Shown piece after piece: positions 1-16,118 of a stretch of DNA of 64,000 bases. Below the pieces are notes generated by a model. That model ran no database searches. It was not told where the DNA came from and was given only the letters and a program-made list of their open reading frames with translations. The stretch is taken from the NCBI RefSeq assembly GCF_009914755.1, contig NC_060937.1. The stretch is one strand, 5' to 3'. A program made the translations under genes and the position numbers. Numbering within the stretch: the stretch's first letter is position 1; the number at the start of each line of letters is the position of its first letter. This DNA is from the human T2T-CHM13v2.0 reference genome, Homo sapiens.

Positions 1-91
1 CGGGAGGCAGAGGTTGCAGTGAGCGGAGATCGCTCCACTGCACTTCAGCCTGGGTGACAGAGTGAGACTCCGCCTCAAAAAACAAACAAAA
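1..91 (+). mobile_element. Alu right-arm 3' end with A-rich tail, cut by window edge
   Basis: GAGGCAGAGGTTGCAGTGAGCGGAGATCGC...GACAGAGTGAGACTCCGCCTC followed by an A/CAAA tail. Confidence 0.95.
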
Positions 92-1240
92 TACCCCCAA
101 AAAACCATGTATTAGTGTGTGAAATAATTAGAATCTAGGAGCAGAGTTGTTAGCACATGTAAATGACCTCCAAGCATCTGAATGAAGTATCTGAGACACT
201 ATTTGGGAAATGAGATAGTATGAAATATAGATACCAGATATTTAAAATTCTGTGTGTACTATCTTCAGTCTCCTTTTAATTTTAAATATATGTTTTGAGA
301 ACTATTAAGCTACTGTATGTATCTTGATTCAAATTCACTTTGGATCCCTATTTTAAAATTATAGTTAGTGTTCTAATAGCTTTCGTACCTGCATTGTTAA
401 TGTTTACAGTGTAGCTGCCTTTTGTGAATTATAGTTGGTGTGAATATCCATGAATGTTGACCTTTAGCTCTTTTAATAATGTATGATTCTGAATAATGTT
501 TGAATGGAGGCATAAAGTTCTGTGTCATAATTAGCATGCAGTTTGAATTCCACAGGTGGTCATTGTAATTAGACTGAGAAGTTAAAGTTGAGTATTCTGT
601 TATTGGGGAAAATAGTGTAGTCATCAGGAATGATTCCACATTGACTCAGGAAAGCAGCAGCATTGCCAAATCATCAGTTTTCCCCAAAACATCTCCTATC
701 AGGCCAGTTCTTTTTGGTTCCTGTATAGCCTACTGAGTGATGGGAGGTATGTGTGTCTGTGTTAGAATGAACTTTGGAGATGGATAGTAACTTAGCATTA
801 TTCTTATTTACACTGTCTCCTTGTCTTCTTTTTCCTGCTGCACATGGAATCGAATGACAGTAGAACTTTCATATTCATTTATTTAATTTTGGAATCCCAT
901 TAACTAGTACATAAAAAGATTGATTCAATTTTGAAGTTGGTGGGAATACTTTTGCTTACTCTCAGAAGAGGGAAGGGATTTACCTATTTAAATCTCAGTT
1001 TGTAGCAAGAGTTACAAACTTGAATAAATTGAAAAGTTGTAGCATCCCCTTTGAAAGACACTATAAATGTTAATTCAGCCATCTCCTGAATGAAAATATA
1101 TTTCTCTTCCTTTTCAAGTCACAAAACATTATATAGTATGACTTTTTTAAATCTTCAGGCTTTCTCAAACATAGACTTTTTGGAACACAATTAGTTCAAC
1201 AAGTAAACTTTGTGTAATGTAAATATATCTCTTAAAAACA

Positions 1241-1756
<516 letters not shown>

Positions 1757-1786
1757 TGTGTTGTTTTTTTTTAAATCAATGTACTT

Positions 1787-1997
1787 CATGGACACAGGGA
1801 GGGGAACGTCACACACTGGGGCTGTCTATGGGTAAGGGGCAAGGGGAGGGAGAGCATTAGGACAAATACCTAATGCATATGAGGCTTAAAACCTAGATGA
1901 TGGGTCGATACGTGCAGCAAACCACCATGGCACATATATACCTCTGTAACAAACCTGCACGTTCTGCACATGTATCCCCGGAACTTAAAATAAAAAT
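1787..1997 (+). mobile_element. L1PA 3'UTR end fragment, 5'-truncated
   Basis: CATGGACACAGGGAGGGG...GCAAACCACCATGGCACAT...AACAAACCTGCACGTTCTGCACATGTATCCC..AACTTAAAATAAAA. Confidence 0.9.
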
Positions 1998-2460
1998 ATG
2001 TGCTTTACAGCTTTCAGTGTTTTGCACCTAACATCTAATATTTTTCTTTCCCATCAGTACCAAATTTATCTGCACTCTCTATAGTTCTTTACTTCCTATT
2101 TAATTCTCTCTCTCTCTTTTTTTTTTTACCTCACCACTATATAGGAACTTCTCTTATAAAGGTCACCAGTGGCCACCTAATTTCTAAAGCCACTGGCCAT
2201 CCTCTTTAACCTTTCAGTAGCAAATTAAATGCTTTTAACCTCTCGTTGTTTCATGAAACCACCTGCTCTCTTGAGTCCCACACACTACTCCCTCCTAATT
2301 CTTTCTGACTTAGTTACTGCGTGCAGCTCTTTTCTCAAGCTTTTTGGGCTATCTTGCCCACTTTCTTGATTTCAACTACAGTGAACGTGTATTGTTTGCT
2401 TCCCAGCTGTCTATTTCCAACCCACACTACTCTCCTGATATTTCTTGAGTCTTATTTCCT

Positions 2461-3069
<609 letters not shown>

Positions 3070-3258
3070 AGAGTCTCATTTCCTGATGATTTATAGACTC
3101 AAAGAAAACTCATGTTCAGAAGCTCTCTTCTCTTCTGGCCTCCTCTCTGTCTTCTTTCCCTCTTTCTTCTTATTTTAATTAGTAGCATCTACTCAGAGTC
3201 ATGCAAGCTGGAAATCTTTCATTTTGCTTGTCAGTGGGGTAGGTCACTGAGTCTTAGT

Positions 3259-5643
<2,385 letters not shown>

Positions 5644-5929
5644 CACTGAGTCTTAGTAATTCAAAGTCCTAAATGAATATTCATCCCTTCTTCTCTACTT
5701 CTACTGTCATTATTATCCCAGTCTAAACTCTTAAATCTTTTCTTGTCTACTTTTTTACAGTAATTCTCTTAACTAGTTTCCCTGTGAATTTGAAAGCATT
5801 CCATACAATGCTGTCAGAAGTTATCTTTCTAAAATGCAGGCTTAACCACACTAGTTCTTTTAAAAACCCTCAAATTCTCATTTCCATCAGAATAAAAGTC
5901 AGATTCCTCCAAGATGCTATCTAGGCAGT

Positions 5930-6130
5930 CTGGAATAGTGGAAATAGCATGGTCTTTGCCATCAGACCAGATTTGAGATTCCAGCTCTGCCTCTTACTAG
6001 TTATGTGAAATCTTGAGCAAGTTGCTTCTCTCAAGCTCCATTTCCTGAGCTCAGTTTCTAGATGACCCTCACATGTCAACTGTGGGTATTCTGTGCTTCA
6101 AAGGGTAGCACCGAGAATTAAAGAAGGTCT
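5930..6130 (+). mobile_element. MIR fragment
   Basis: GAGATTCCAGCTCTGCCTCTTACTAGTTATGTGAAATCTTGAGCAAGTTGCTT resembles the MIR core. Confidence 0.65.
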
Positions 6131-6178
6131 CTTACGCCAAGCTTCTAGGAGCAAGCGTATACCCCTTCCATGTATTGC

Positions 6179-6304
6179 TTTTCTTAAGAGACAAGGTCTT
6201 GCCATGTTATCCAGGCTGGCCTTGAACTCCTAAGCTCAAGCCCAGTCCTCCCACCTCAGCCTCCTGAGTAGCTGGGATTATAGGCACGTGCTACCATGCC
6301 CAAC
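6179..6304 (-). mobile_element. Alu monomer (FLAM_A/FRAM-like)
   Basis: Single Alu arm GAGACAAGGTCTTGCCATGTT...GCTGGGATTATAGGCACGTGCTACCATGCCC. Confidence 0.8.
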
Positions 6305-7732
6305 TCTTCTTTCCTTTCAGAGTCCTCCTCATCTGACCACCAGCTAGTCTCTCAAACCACTTCCCAACTGGTCATCCAGCTTTCTTCGCTTGCTACGCAT
6401 TTGCATTCTCATGCCTACTTGGCTTGCTTTCTGCTTCCTCTTGCCCTTTGGCAGGATTAATTGTCCTTATATGTGTATTACAACACATGTGTTAATTATC
6501 TCTGTTAGTATTTATTATATTACGTTGTCATGGTCTGTGCCTTCTAGGCTACCCACTGGCTGTTTGAGGGGGAACCAAGTTTTACTTTATGTACTCTTTG
6601 CCCTACATTTAGTAATGTTGAAGAGCAAGCAAGCCTTGATTACAGTGTAGCCCCAGTAAGACTGTAAGGGAAGGCCTTTGAACCACAGACCTGTTCATTT
6701 CTTTTTCTAGTGCTTTGCTTAGAAATTGTAGCTGACATGATAGATGCTCATGACTATGATTTAAACTCAGAAAATGTAACCATTAGGTTTTGAAAGTAGA
6801 AATAACTCCATTATTAAAAGCCATATGTGTTAGGCATTTCTAGTAACTCATTCCTGCCACACATCTGGCCTTATATACCTATTATTTTTTGTTAGTATTT
6901 ATATGTGGATGTTACATCGTTTTCCAGAATACAGTGAAATTTTGAATTTTTACATATTATGTTTAAATGTATTTGGTTATAATGCTAAGTAAATTATTTA
7001 AAAAATAACTTTTAAGTGATCTACAATTAAATTATAATTTAAATTATTTACAGTTTTACTGTGAGAATCACAGCATACATTTTCACTTTCTTGATTTTGT
7101 ATCAATAGAATCTTTTGTTGTGCTTTTTGCTCTGAGACTAAACTCTTCTTATCAAGACAAGCTATGGCAGAGAACTTTTCCATCTAATAAATTTAAGAGT
7201 AGATTCATCTGTATGGTTGAGAGTAGGCTCTGACTATGTATATGTGTATAATAAACCTACATATCCAATACAAGAGTTGTTTTTCTTGTTTTAGAAATAA
7301 TTATATGTTAAATATATGTAAGATATACAAATAATATATAAAGATATAATATCTATAAAGGTACTTTATGTATATAAAATATAAAAATATATATATTTTA
7401 CTCATTTGACTATTGAAACTAAAAACTGTGTTTTTCTCTTTATTGAGAAACTGCATCTCAGTACCACCTTATGTAGCTCTGAGAATGTTTACATTCTTTA
7501 AGCATGTTTGCTTTTTATTATTGAAAAATTGGTGTTTGACATGAAAGAACTGACCTTGGTTTCTAGGTGTGGTTCTTGAGCTGAGCAAGTCACATAACCT
7601 CTTCAGACCTCAGTTTTTTATATTTCGAACAGAAGAATTGTACTAAGAAGATTGTCTAAGGGACCTTCTAGTGCAAAAATGCCATTTTATTATTAGACTT
7701 TTTGTGTTTATCTTTTTTTTTAAGGAATATGA

Positions 7733-8069
<337 letters not shown>

Positions 8070-9007
8070 TAACCAATGCATGTATTTGGTTCTAAGCCCC
8101 AGTAGGATATGATCATGTTAAGAGTGATAAAGGTAATTTAGCAGAGAGGAAGTTATAGTTGAATCATTTATTTTACTTCCATAAGTATTCAGGATAATAG
8201 GGGCTTTACAGATTATAGTTCAGTTTTTTTCTTTTAGATGGATAAGTTACTTGGTTTGTTACTTTATTAGGAGAAATTAAATGGCAAGGCTAAGAAATCC
8301 AAGGTTCCTACTAGTACTATTTATACTGTGACATATGGCCTGGGAAAAAAAATCAATTAACTTCTTTTGTAAAAATGGTATCTTCAACCACATAAGAAGA
8401 GCAAACTGTTTGTATTGGAGAATGGCATTTCACCATATAGTAGAAACCTCAAATGATAGAAATGAACTTGGATTATTGGATAGAAATAGCATCTCAGGTT
8501 AGATTTTCATCATTAGTCCTAAATAGGGTTTGGTGCATAGTAGGCTCTCAGTGTTTGTTGAATGACTATTCTCTGTTTTTAAAAGAATGAATTCAGAGTA
8601 GGGAAGGGCTGATGGGGATGGCTGTAACAGGCCCCTTGGGTTCTTGTTGCTATTAATTTTGCCTTGTAGTAAGTAACAGTAATGAGTTCAACATAATTTC
8701 TTATATAGGAATTCTGGAAGTCAGTGTTTGGGACATAAAGTATTGGATTTATAATTCCATTCCTAGTGCAAATTAGACCTAAGGGAGCTGCATCTAGATA
8801 GAAAATAATTTAATCAAATTATTTTGTATGGTAGCTCGATTTCCCCCCTACTGACTTGATTAACACACATGTGTCGCTTGCACATAGAAATGCAAAAAGT
8901 TAATTATCTGTGTGAACAAGGCTTGACTAGGAAAGAAAAATCAGATGCTTTTCTCTGAATAATTCACAAAAATGTTTTATATAAGTTTTTAAAATGAAGA
9001 TAATGAA

Positions 9008-9013
9008 TTTATT
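9008..9013 (-). terminator. GPR18: Candidate polyadenylation signal (AATAAA) of GPR18
   Basis: TTTATT on + strand about 107 nt downstream of the GPR18 stop codon. Confidence 0.65.
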
Positions 9014-9119
9014 TTTTCAAGAGAAAAGGGACTTGATAGTATTATACAGAATATCCATTGACGCCAGAGTAGTTAGTGAAGTGAATTTTGATGGGATTGA
9101 AATGAAAGAACCTTATTAT

Positions 9120-10115
9120 TCATAACATTTCACTGTTTATATTGCTTAGTGACCGTAGACTACCAGATCGGAAACTTTTTCTGCGCATGCTTCGAAGGTA
9201 ATTACGGTATAGCATGACACTAATGACTCGAGCCTGAAATTGTTTTGAAACGATGTAGTAGAGAATCACATCCAGACACGTGCTGAGGTTCATGAGGAAG
9301 GTGGTAAAGGCTCCCCAGGGATTGTAACTGTTCTCCCCCGTTCCCAGCATCAGGAAAGCGAAACAGATGTGGAAGGGCATAAAGCAGACGAGCACCTGCA
9401 CCAGCAGCGTGATGATGATCCTTATGGACTTCTCCTTGACTTTGGGTTTCAGCTTAGACGTCCTGCCGTGAAGGAGATTATGAATAATGACCAAGTAGCA
9501 CCCAATCATGATGAACAAAGGAATCAAGAAAAAAAATGTCAGTCGAGTGAGGTTCAGCACGTTCACAGCTTTTAGATAGATGATGTCAGAAATCTTGAGG
9601 CAGGTGGCGGGAGTGGAGTCTTTATCTGGGTCTTTATAGAGCAGTAGCAGAGGGGTGGTCGTGGTCAGGGTCATTATCCAGACTCCCACACACGCCAGCA
9701 CGGCTTTGCACGTGTTTTTAAGTTCTTTGGCGTACTTCGGCTGTACAATGGCCATGTATCTGTCAGCACTAATAAAGGCAAGAAGCCATAAAGCAATGCT
9801 TGGGTAAAACACTGTGAGAGCTCCAAGAATCTGGCAGAAGTACTCTCCAAATGGCCATTCATCTTTTGCATAATAAAACATTCGAAAGGGTAAAGTCATT
9901 ATAAATATCAAGTCCACTAATGCCACATTCATCATATAGATGGTTACCGTGGTTCTCTTCTTGGTGGTACAACTGAAAACCCATAATGCAGTGATGTTAA
10001 CAAATAATCCAATTATGAAGATACAGCTATAGAAGACAAGGGCTGCAATTTTGTATTCATCTGGATGTGAGCTGTTAAAAGGGACAGGTTGATCTTGATT
10101 GTTCAGGGTGATCAT
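9120..10115 (-). CDS. GPR18: G protein-coupled receptor 18 (reported N-arachidonoyl glycine receptor), 331 aa, uninterrupted CDS
   Basis: Seven hydrophobic segments; N1.50 (LFVN), D2.50 (LVD), DRY, CFMP and DVILY motifs; N-terminus MITLNNQDQPVPFNSSHPDEY recognised as human GPR18. Confidence 0.99.
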   Translation of the reverse strand: MITLNNQDQPVPFNSSHPDEYKIAALVFYSCIFIIGLFVNITALWVFSCTTKKRTTVTIYMMNVALVDLIFIMTLPFRMFYYAKDEWPFGEYFCQILGALTVFYPSIALWLLAFISADRYMAIVQPKYAKELKNTCKAVLACVGVWIMTLTTTTPLLLLYKDPDKDSTPATCLKISDIIYLKAVNVLNLTRLTFFFLIPLFIMIGCYLVIIHNLLHGRTSKLKPKVKEKSIRIIITLLVQVLVCFMPFHICFAFLMLGTGENSYNPWGAFTTFLMNLSTCLDVILYYIVSKQFQARVISVMLYRNYLRSMRRKSFRSGSLRSLSNINSEML

Positions 10116-10160
10116 TTTACAGCTTGTTGGTAGGCATGATACTTAGAAACTGTAAAAATA
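10116..10160 (-). other. GPR18: GPR18 coding-exon splice acceptor; exon starts at 10149 with 34 nt of 5'UTR
   Basis: Minus strand TCTTAACTATTTTTACAG|TTTCTAAG: branch-like CTTAAC, pyrimidine tract, AG at 10151-10150. Confidence 0.85.
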
Positions 10161-10570
10161 GTTAAGAAAAATAAGAATAAAATCGTTGGTTAAAAAATAA
10201 ATGCTTAACATTCTCCCACTCAGCTTGACTGCCAGTGAATTTTAAGTTCGAGAGCATTTAATCAAGGAACGATTCAACTGGTTAACTACTGAACATTCAC
10301 AGTAATTCTCATTTGAGAGAGAATGGGAACTTTTCCTTTGTTACAGCTATAGCCCCACTGTCTATTGAGCATGTAATAGGTACTCAATAAATAAATATTT
10401 ACTGAATTGATGAATAAATGAAGGAACTTTTGATGAGATGATTCACAGCAACTCTACTTTGCTAAAAAACTCTAGTTTGTAATTCTCTAGTTTGAAAATG
10501 AAGACTTGTGTAGCTGGCTATTAAACTTTTTGTTTTTTTTAAAGTGGAAACACTTCATAATATTTATTAC

Positions 10571-10762
10571 CTTATGTTCTCTTTAAATTATCATAGGTCG
10601 AGAAACAGCAATGTTTTGTGTCATGGTCAGCAGATCAAGAACTAGACTGTTAGAGCAATAGATGAGCTGTTTTCTAGTGCACAATTGGGAGTACGTAAAG
10701 CCAAGTCTTCCAGGTTTTGTGATTTCAGCTGCTCTACTTCAGTGGTTCACAGAAAGCAGCAC
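10571..10762 (-). other. GPR18: Candidate cassette 5'UTR exon of GPR18 (192 nt)
   Basis: Acceptor CTTTTTTCAAG|G at 10762 and donor AAG|GTAATA at 10571; fits my recollection of 2- and 3-exon GPR18 variants, boundaries inferred. Confidence 0.5.
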
Positions 10763-11317
10763 CTTGAAAAAAGCTAGTGCCGTTAGTAACTTTCATATCC
10801 TCATTCCATCTAGATTCAGAAGCTTCAATATTATTTAAATTTTAACAATTTTCAAAGTAAATCCAAAAAAGGAGTATCTAAGACAAGTAGATATTAATAA
10901 GAAGTCATTCAGTAACTTGATGTGTAGGTAGAAACTTACAAATTTCCATCACCAAAAAAAAAAAAAACCGTCCATTTTAAATGGAAAGGAGGTTATTTGG
11001 GGTTGCAAATATCATTGACTCCTCAGTGTGAAACTTCATTCCCCCATGATGCAACACCAACAACAGACTTCAAAAATAGACTTTGCTGCAATGAGATGGA
11101 ATCTGTGGCATCCCCTTGTAATATGGAGGTGGATGAAAAGTTTCCTTCAAAAATGTCACTTTGCAGAGTGGGCTGTCTTGAAATCAGCCCAGAATTTCTC
11201 TTTAAGGAAAACTATGGGGGAGATTTGCTGTCTGTGGTCAGTGGCATCACGGGCTATTGATAATTAAGAATTAACTTGAGCAATTGCTGTGGTTAAACAC
11301 AAGAAACGTGCCTGTCT

Positions 11318-11380
11318 GCCTTCCTTCCTTTCCCTTCCCTTCCCTTCCCTTTCTTCCCTTCTTCTCCTTCTTTCCTTCTC
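11318..11380. repeat. Polypyrimidine (CCTT/CCCTT)n tract
   Basis: CCTTCCTTCCTTTCCCTTCCCTTCCCTTCCCTTTCTTCCCTT... Confidence 0.85.
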
Positions 11381-12180
11381 AAATATTTAGGTTAAATATG
11401 ATTTAGGAGCATAATTCTATATATTTAAAAACATATTAAATTTTCCAAATATTGGTGTGACTAGAATATTAATTTCTATCAAATGAGGAAAGTGCTACAG
11501 AGAAAAATTATATCTCTAGTGTCATTCAAAGGAGAGTAATCTTGGAGGCTTAAATCTTATTTTTAACTGGAATGCATTCTTATTAAATAGTAGCAATTAT
11601 AATATAAATGAAATTTTGTATTTGTTTTTCTTTTTTTAGTATTGCATCAGGACTCCCTTCACCTATCCTCATCCTTCAATTTTGTGACATAAGTCCTGTA
11701 CTTACAAACCATCTTGAGTCTTTTTTCCCACGTTATGCTCAAGCTGTTTTTATGTAGCTTGTCACCAATACTTATATTCATTTGCTGACGTTTGAAAAAA
11801 AATGAGTGATGCATGTGTTTTAAAGGCATTATAGTATTGATTGTGCTCTGCAAACACAGAAATTTTTGGATAAATATTGAAAAGTGATTGACTTTAAAGT
11901 CAGCTTTTTAAAAGCTATAGATACCATGATTATCTGTAGCTTTTCTTTTCTTAAAAACCATTAAGTTATTTCATGAAACAATGTAATTGAAAACATGTGA
12001 TGAACATTCCTAAATATACATATGATTTACCATAAACATTTTCTTTCCTTAAGTTGAAAAAAATTACATTTAGTATTAATGTAAAGCAATATTGAAAATA
12101 AATGTAAAATCATATTAATGTGGAAAGATGATTATATAGCCTATTTCAAGGTCTTTCACCAACATAGTTTGTTATGTTTA

Positions 12181-12308
12181 TTTTTTTAATTAAATATATT
12201 TTTTTAATAGAGACGGGGTCTCACTATGGTGCTCCTGGGCACAACTGATCCTCCTGCCTTGGCCTCCCAAAGTGTTGGAGTTACAGGCGTGGGCCATTGC
12301 GCCCAGCC
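12181..12308 (-). mobile_element. FLAM_C-like Alu monomer in the GPR18 intron
   Basis: TAGAGACGGGGTCTCACTATG...GGCCTCCCAAAGTGTTGGAGTTACAGGCGTG..GCCCAGCC. Confidence 0.8.
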
Positions 12309-12397
12309 TGTATTATTAAAATGAAATGATTTTTGAAATGCAGTACATAAAGCATTACTTTTGACAATAATCATGAAGTTAATTAAATGCTGCTTAC

Positions 12398-12650
12398 CTC
12401 CTGTCCATCAAAAGTCTGTGTGAGAGATGAGCATTTTTCAGCACTTCCACTTCTGTCGAAGGGATATCTTTGAGTTGCTTCTGTTAAAATAGCTCTTTCT
12501 GGAAACAGTGTATTTAAGAAATGTTGTATTTTGTTTTAGACTCTTTTGTTGCTTTAAAAAGTAGTTTCCAGTGTAACGCTTGGCGTCGGAGTTGGTGCTG
12601 GGCTGACTTTAATTGCTGCTTTGTCTCTTTCAGGAAGTGCTCTCTGAAAT
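12398..12650 (-). other. GPR18: GPR18 non-coding first exon; 3' end exact, 5' end approximate
   Basis: Strong donor GAG|GTAAGC at 12398/12397; unique non-repeat sequence; joins cleanly to the acceptor at 10149. Confidence 0.75.
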
Positions 12651-12730
12651 AGGCTTTTTCACCTTATGACTTTACCCTGGATGTGGTTTTTCTCTTTCAC
12701 AAATGATTTGTTTATGAAGTCACACTTAGC
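12625..12730 (-). promoter_or_regulatory. GPR18: Putative GPR18 proximal promoter (ETS + RUNX motifs, no CpG island)
   Basis: CAGGAAGTG (ETS) at 12631-12639 and TGTGGTTT (RUNX) at 12682-12689. Confidence 0.55.
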
Positions 12731-12859
12731 ATAAGCTCCCCTTGAAATGATGGCATATATTTAAGATAATTATATACAAAGGATAAAGTTTCTTCAGTTT
12801 GTGTACTTTGATGCTTGAAGTCTGCATCATCTATGGAAAGAGAAGATTTGATATTGAGT

Positions 12860-13070
12860 AAAAGGGGGTTTAAAGTCTAGCTTCTTTGCTTTATAAGCTA
12901 TGTGACTTTGTCTAGTTACCTACCCACTCTGACTAACCCTTTGTTCCTACTTCATTTCTGTACAGTTGAAATAGAGATAATACTATATCCAGTAGGATTG
13001 TAGGGGCCCTAAACCAGAAAGATCCCAAGTGCTTAATAGTACCTGGCACTTAGTAGGTACTCCTAAATGG
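12860..13070 (+). mobile_element. MIR
   Basis: TAAGCTATGTGACTTTGTCTAGTTACCT...AAGTGCTTAATAGTACCTGGCACTTAGTAGGTACTC. Confidence 0.65.
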
Positions 13071-16000
13071 AGTCTCACTTTTTACTACCAAGTTATTAAA
13101 AATCATAGAATATCCACATTTCCACTTTTTACTATTTAAACATTTCTAAATGCTTAAAAGTAGGATCCTTGATTAATTGCTTCTGCTTTGCCACATACAT
13201 TTATCCACTTTAGTTTGCTGTATTTTGTAAGTCTGCTTTTCTAGTGCGTGGAAGTCTAGAAATAATTTCTTTTGCATAAAAATTTCTGCAAATCTTAGCA
13301 GAAAGGACTCTGAAGTCTTTAGTGGACTGATTTACATATTAAGAGTGTTTTCACCTAAGAAGGGAAATGAAACCAGCAGAAAGGGAAGTGAGCAACGAAT
13401 CGCTGCCTGCCTTGTTAGGTTAATTTTGTTTTACTTTCTCATTTCTTAAAAAAAATTATCTCTCATTTGCTTATCCTAAAATTTTAATTATCTTTATGTT
13501 TGGTTATGCATGGTTTGTCAACTTTTTAAAGGGTTCATGAACTTAAATGTATTTGTTTTTTTGAATTTTAGACAGTTTGGGGTCCATCCTTTTTTTTTTT
13601 TTTCTCAGACAAAACCATAGTAAATCTGTGGCTTAGAAAAGTTACTTAAATCCTTGCCTTTGGTGATAAAATACTTTTGATTGTTACAACCTGCCAGAAT
13701 GATGGGTTTTAGAAGTGTTGGAGACAACCATAGCAACTATTCCTTGTGTGGATGAAGAAATTGAAGGCCAGTTACTTGCTTAAGAACTCAAGGTAAAGCC
13801 AGGTCCAGTTTCTCCCGCTGTAATAACTTCTTATGAGGTAATTATATTGATCTGTCCACTAGATAGGACTTCTTATGGCTGAATCACATTCATCAGTTTT
13901 TTATATGTGATGTTATATTTCATTCATCACACAGGAGTTTGATGTTTCAGCTGGACAGAAATCTGCCTGCATGCAGACCTAATCTGTCCTTTGCCTTATT
14001 CACATAGCTTAGGACTTTTCTAAAATTAAGTATTGATTAGCTTCCCCATTGCTGCTAAAATCAACAGATACATTGATGGCATGTGTCTAGAAGAGTCCTT
14101 TCATCAAGACTTGAATTCTTCACGGTGCACAGGGGCATTCTTGTTTCTGAATTGCCAGACTCTTAGAGGAGGCATCCAGGAGCACCTGAGGGCTCTCCAT
14201 AGGCCTGGCTTCAGGTTGGGGTGAGCTCTCACTTTTTCCTCATCTTGCTCTCCATTCCAGCCCTCTGGACTGGCTACATTTGCTCTTCCTGCCTCTCACA
14301 TGCTGTTCCACCCACTGTGGCATTCCTCACCACTGTCTCCCACCTGATGGCATGGCCTGCTGCTCTTTGTTCTTGTAGCTACCTTTTTCAGGAAGCTTTC
14401 TCTGCCATCCGAAGCTGGGCTGGTTTCTCTGCCCTCCGAAGCTGGGCTGGTTGTTCATCCCTGCAGGTTTCCTTAGCACTTGGTACCTATCCCTGTAGTG
14501 GCACATGTTTGCATTGTTACTGCATATTTACTTGCTTTTTCTCCTCCACTAAATTGCATTCCTTGAGAGTTGGCATGTGTTGCATATGTGTGTAGAGAAG
14601 AGGCATTTAATATTGGTTGAATTTCTGACTGAACAAGTAGGTGAAGAAATGGAGAGGTTGGGGGAGGAATGGATAAATGTCTGGGCCTTGAGTCAGCAGG
14701 CAGGGACACTTTGACCAGCTTATGAGATGGGGAGACTTAGGCAAGGGCCTGAGGTCTGTCGTCCTCCCCTGCAACCCATGAGCCCTATAGCATTGACCCC
14801 CGTTCGCTGTGCTCCTGGATCTTCGCGATGGTTTTGTGTTGGCAGGGAATTATAGTGAAAAGAAACTGCCCAATCATTTGACAGCAAGTAAACAATGGGT
14901 CAAGGATTCAACTTGTATAATGTAGACACAAGTTTCTTTAATACTTGAACCTAATGAATTTTTTTTTTTCCCCAAACAGAGGAACTTATTCAGGGACCAT
15001 TCATGCAGCTTTAATTTCTTCACTTACTTTGGAATATGAGTGAAGGAGAAATGTTTCACTTGCAAAAGAGGGATTTTACTTATTCCCAGAGACTGCAAGA
15101 TTCCCTTTGCTTTATCAAATAGTGTGTTTTAGCTGCAGTTTTGGGTTTTGGTTTTGATATTAAAAGCCATAAGTGAATTTTGATTTTAGCCCTATAAACC
15201 AGTTTTTGAGTGAATATAATTCAGTTAAGCCAGTTTTTAATGAGAAAGAATGTAGTTAATAGATCTGTATAGCAAATTCCCACTATAAAATATGCTTCTA
15301 TGTTAGACATTTGTCTATGCCACAGGTAAAATAATATTTCCTGTTCTGTTAGCATAGCAAGTGTGAGGGCAGCTTATCCTTGTTGCCTCCCATCAGTGCG
15401 GGGACCAGGGGTCCACTGTTGTTACTGTTCATGTATCCCAGCAGGGGGACAGTCAGCACACAGCCAGTCCCCAGGGAGAAGAGGGTGTGAGGCAGACAAA
15501 GAGTCCTCTGAACTAGAGGAGAGGCCTATCCTTTGGCCTTGACATCCTCCAACCTTTGTCCCCTCCTTTCTGTTTCTCAAACTTGTATCTAAACTGACTG
15601 CTCTTTGGGTGTGGGTGTAGGGGAGATATGTTGAATAGTAAGAGTTTCTGCATAAAGAAGATTGAGAAACTATTTGTCTAAATGTGTGGTTTTTCTTAAG
15701 TCCCAACAATTTACAGCTATAATCTTCTAACCCAGTTAGTATACCTCCTTTCTGTTTGGTTTCCTAAATTGTATTGTAAATTTAATATTCCCAAATTTCT
15801 TGTCTTTAGCAATTTTTGTGTGTAGTTTTAAAGATGTATAGACATGTAGACATTCAGACACTTAACCTCACAGCAAACAAGTTGAATCCATATCTAACCA
15901 TATATAAGTGATGGCAGTGAAATCAGTCCTGGAACCACTGAAGTCCCATGGGACCCCAGGCCCAGAGTTTGCAGTGTGACATTTTACTATTGGAAGAGAG

Positions 16001-16118
16001 ATCCAGAGTCGCCAAGGCAGCAGATTGAGCAGAACTCCATGGTTATTGTGAGGCACACAGCCTTCTGCTGCACATTCTGATCTCACAGTTACCAGAGGTG
16101 CAAATGGAGATGGGTATA

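Noticed and set aside
7240-7400. Very AT-rich TA-like low-complexity stretch
   Set aside because: No regular period or other structure; common intronic low complexity.
15840-16090. Possible further upstream GPR18 exon
   Set aside because: Only weak donor-like sequences and no supporting promoter signal; boundaries cannot be supported from sequence.
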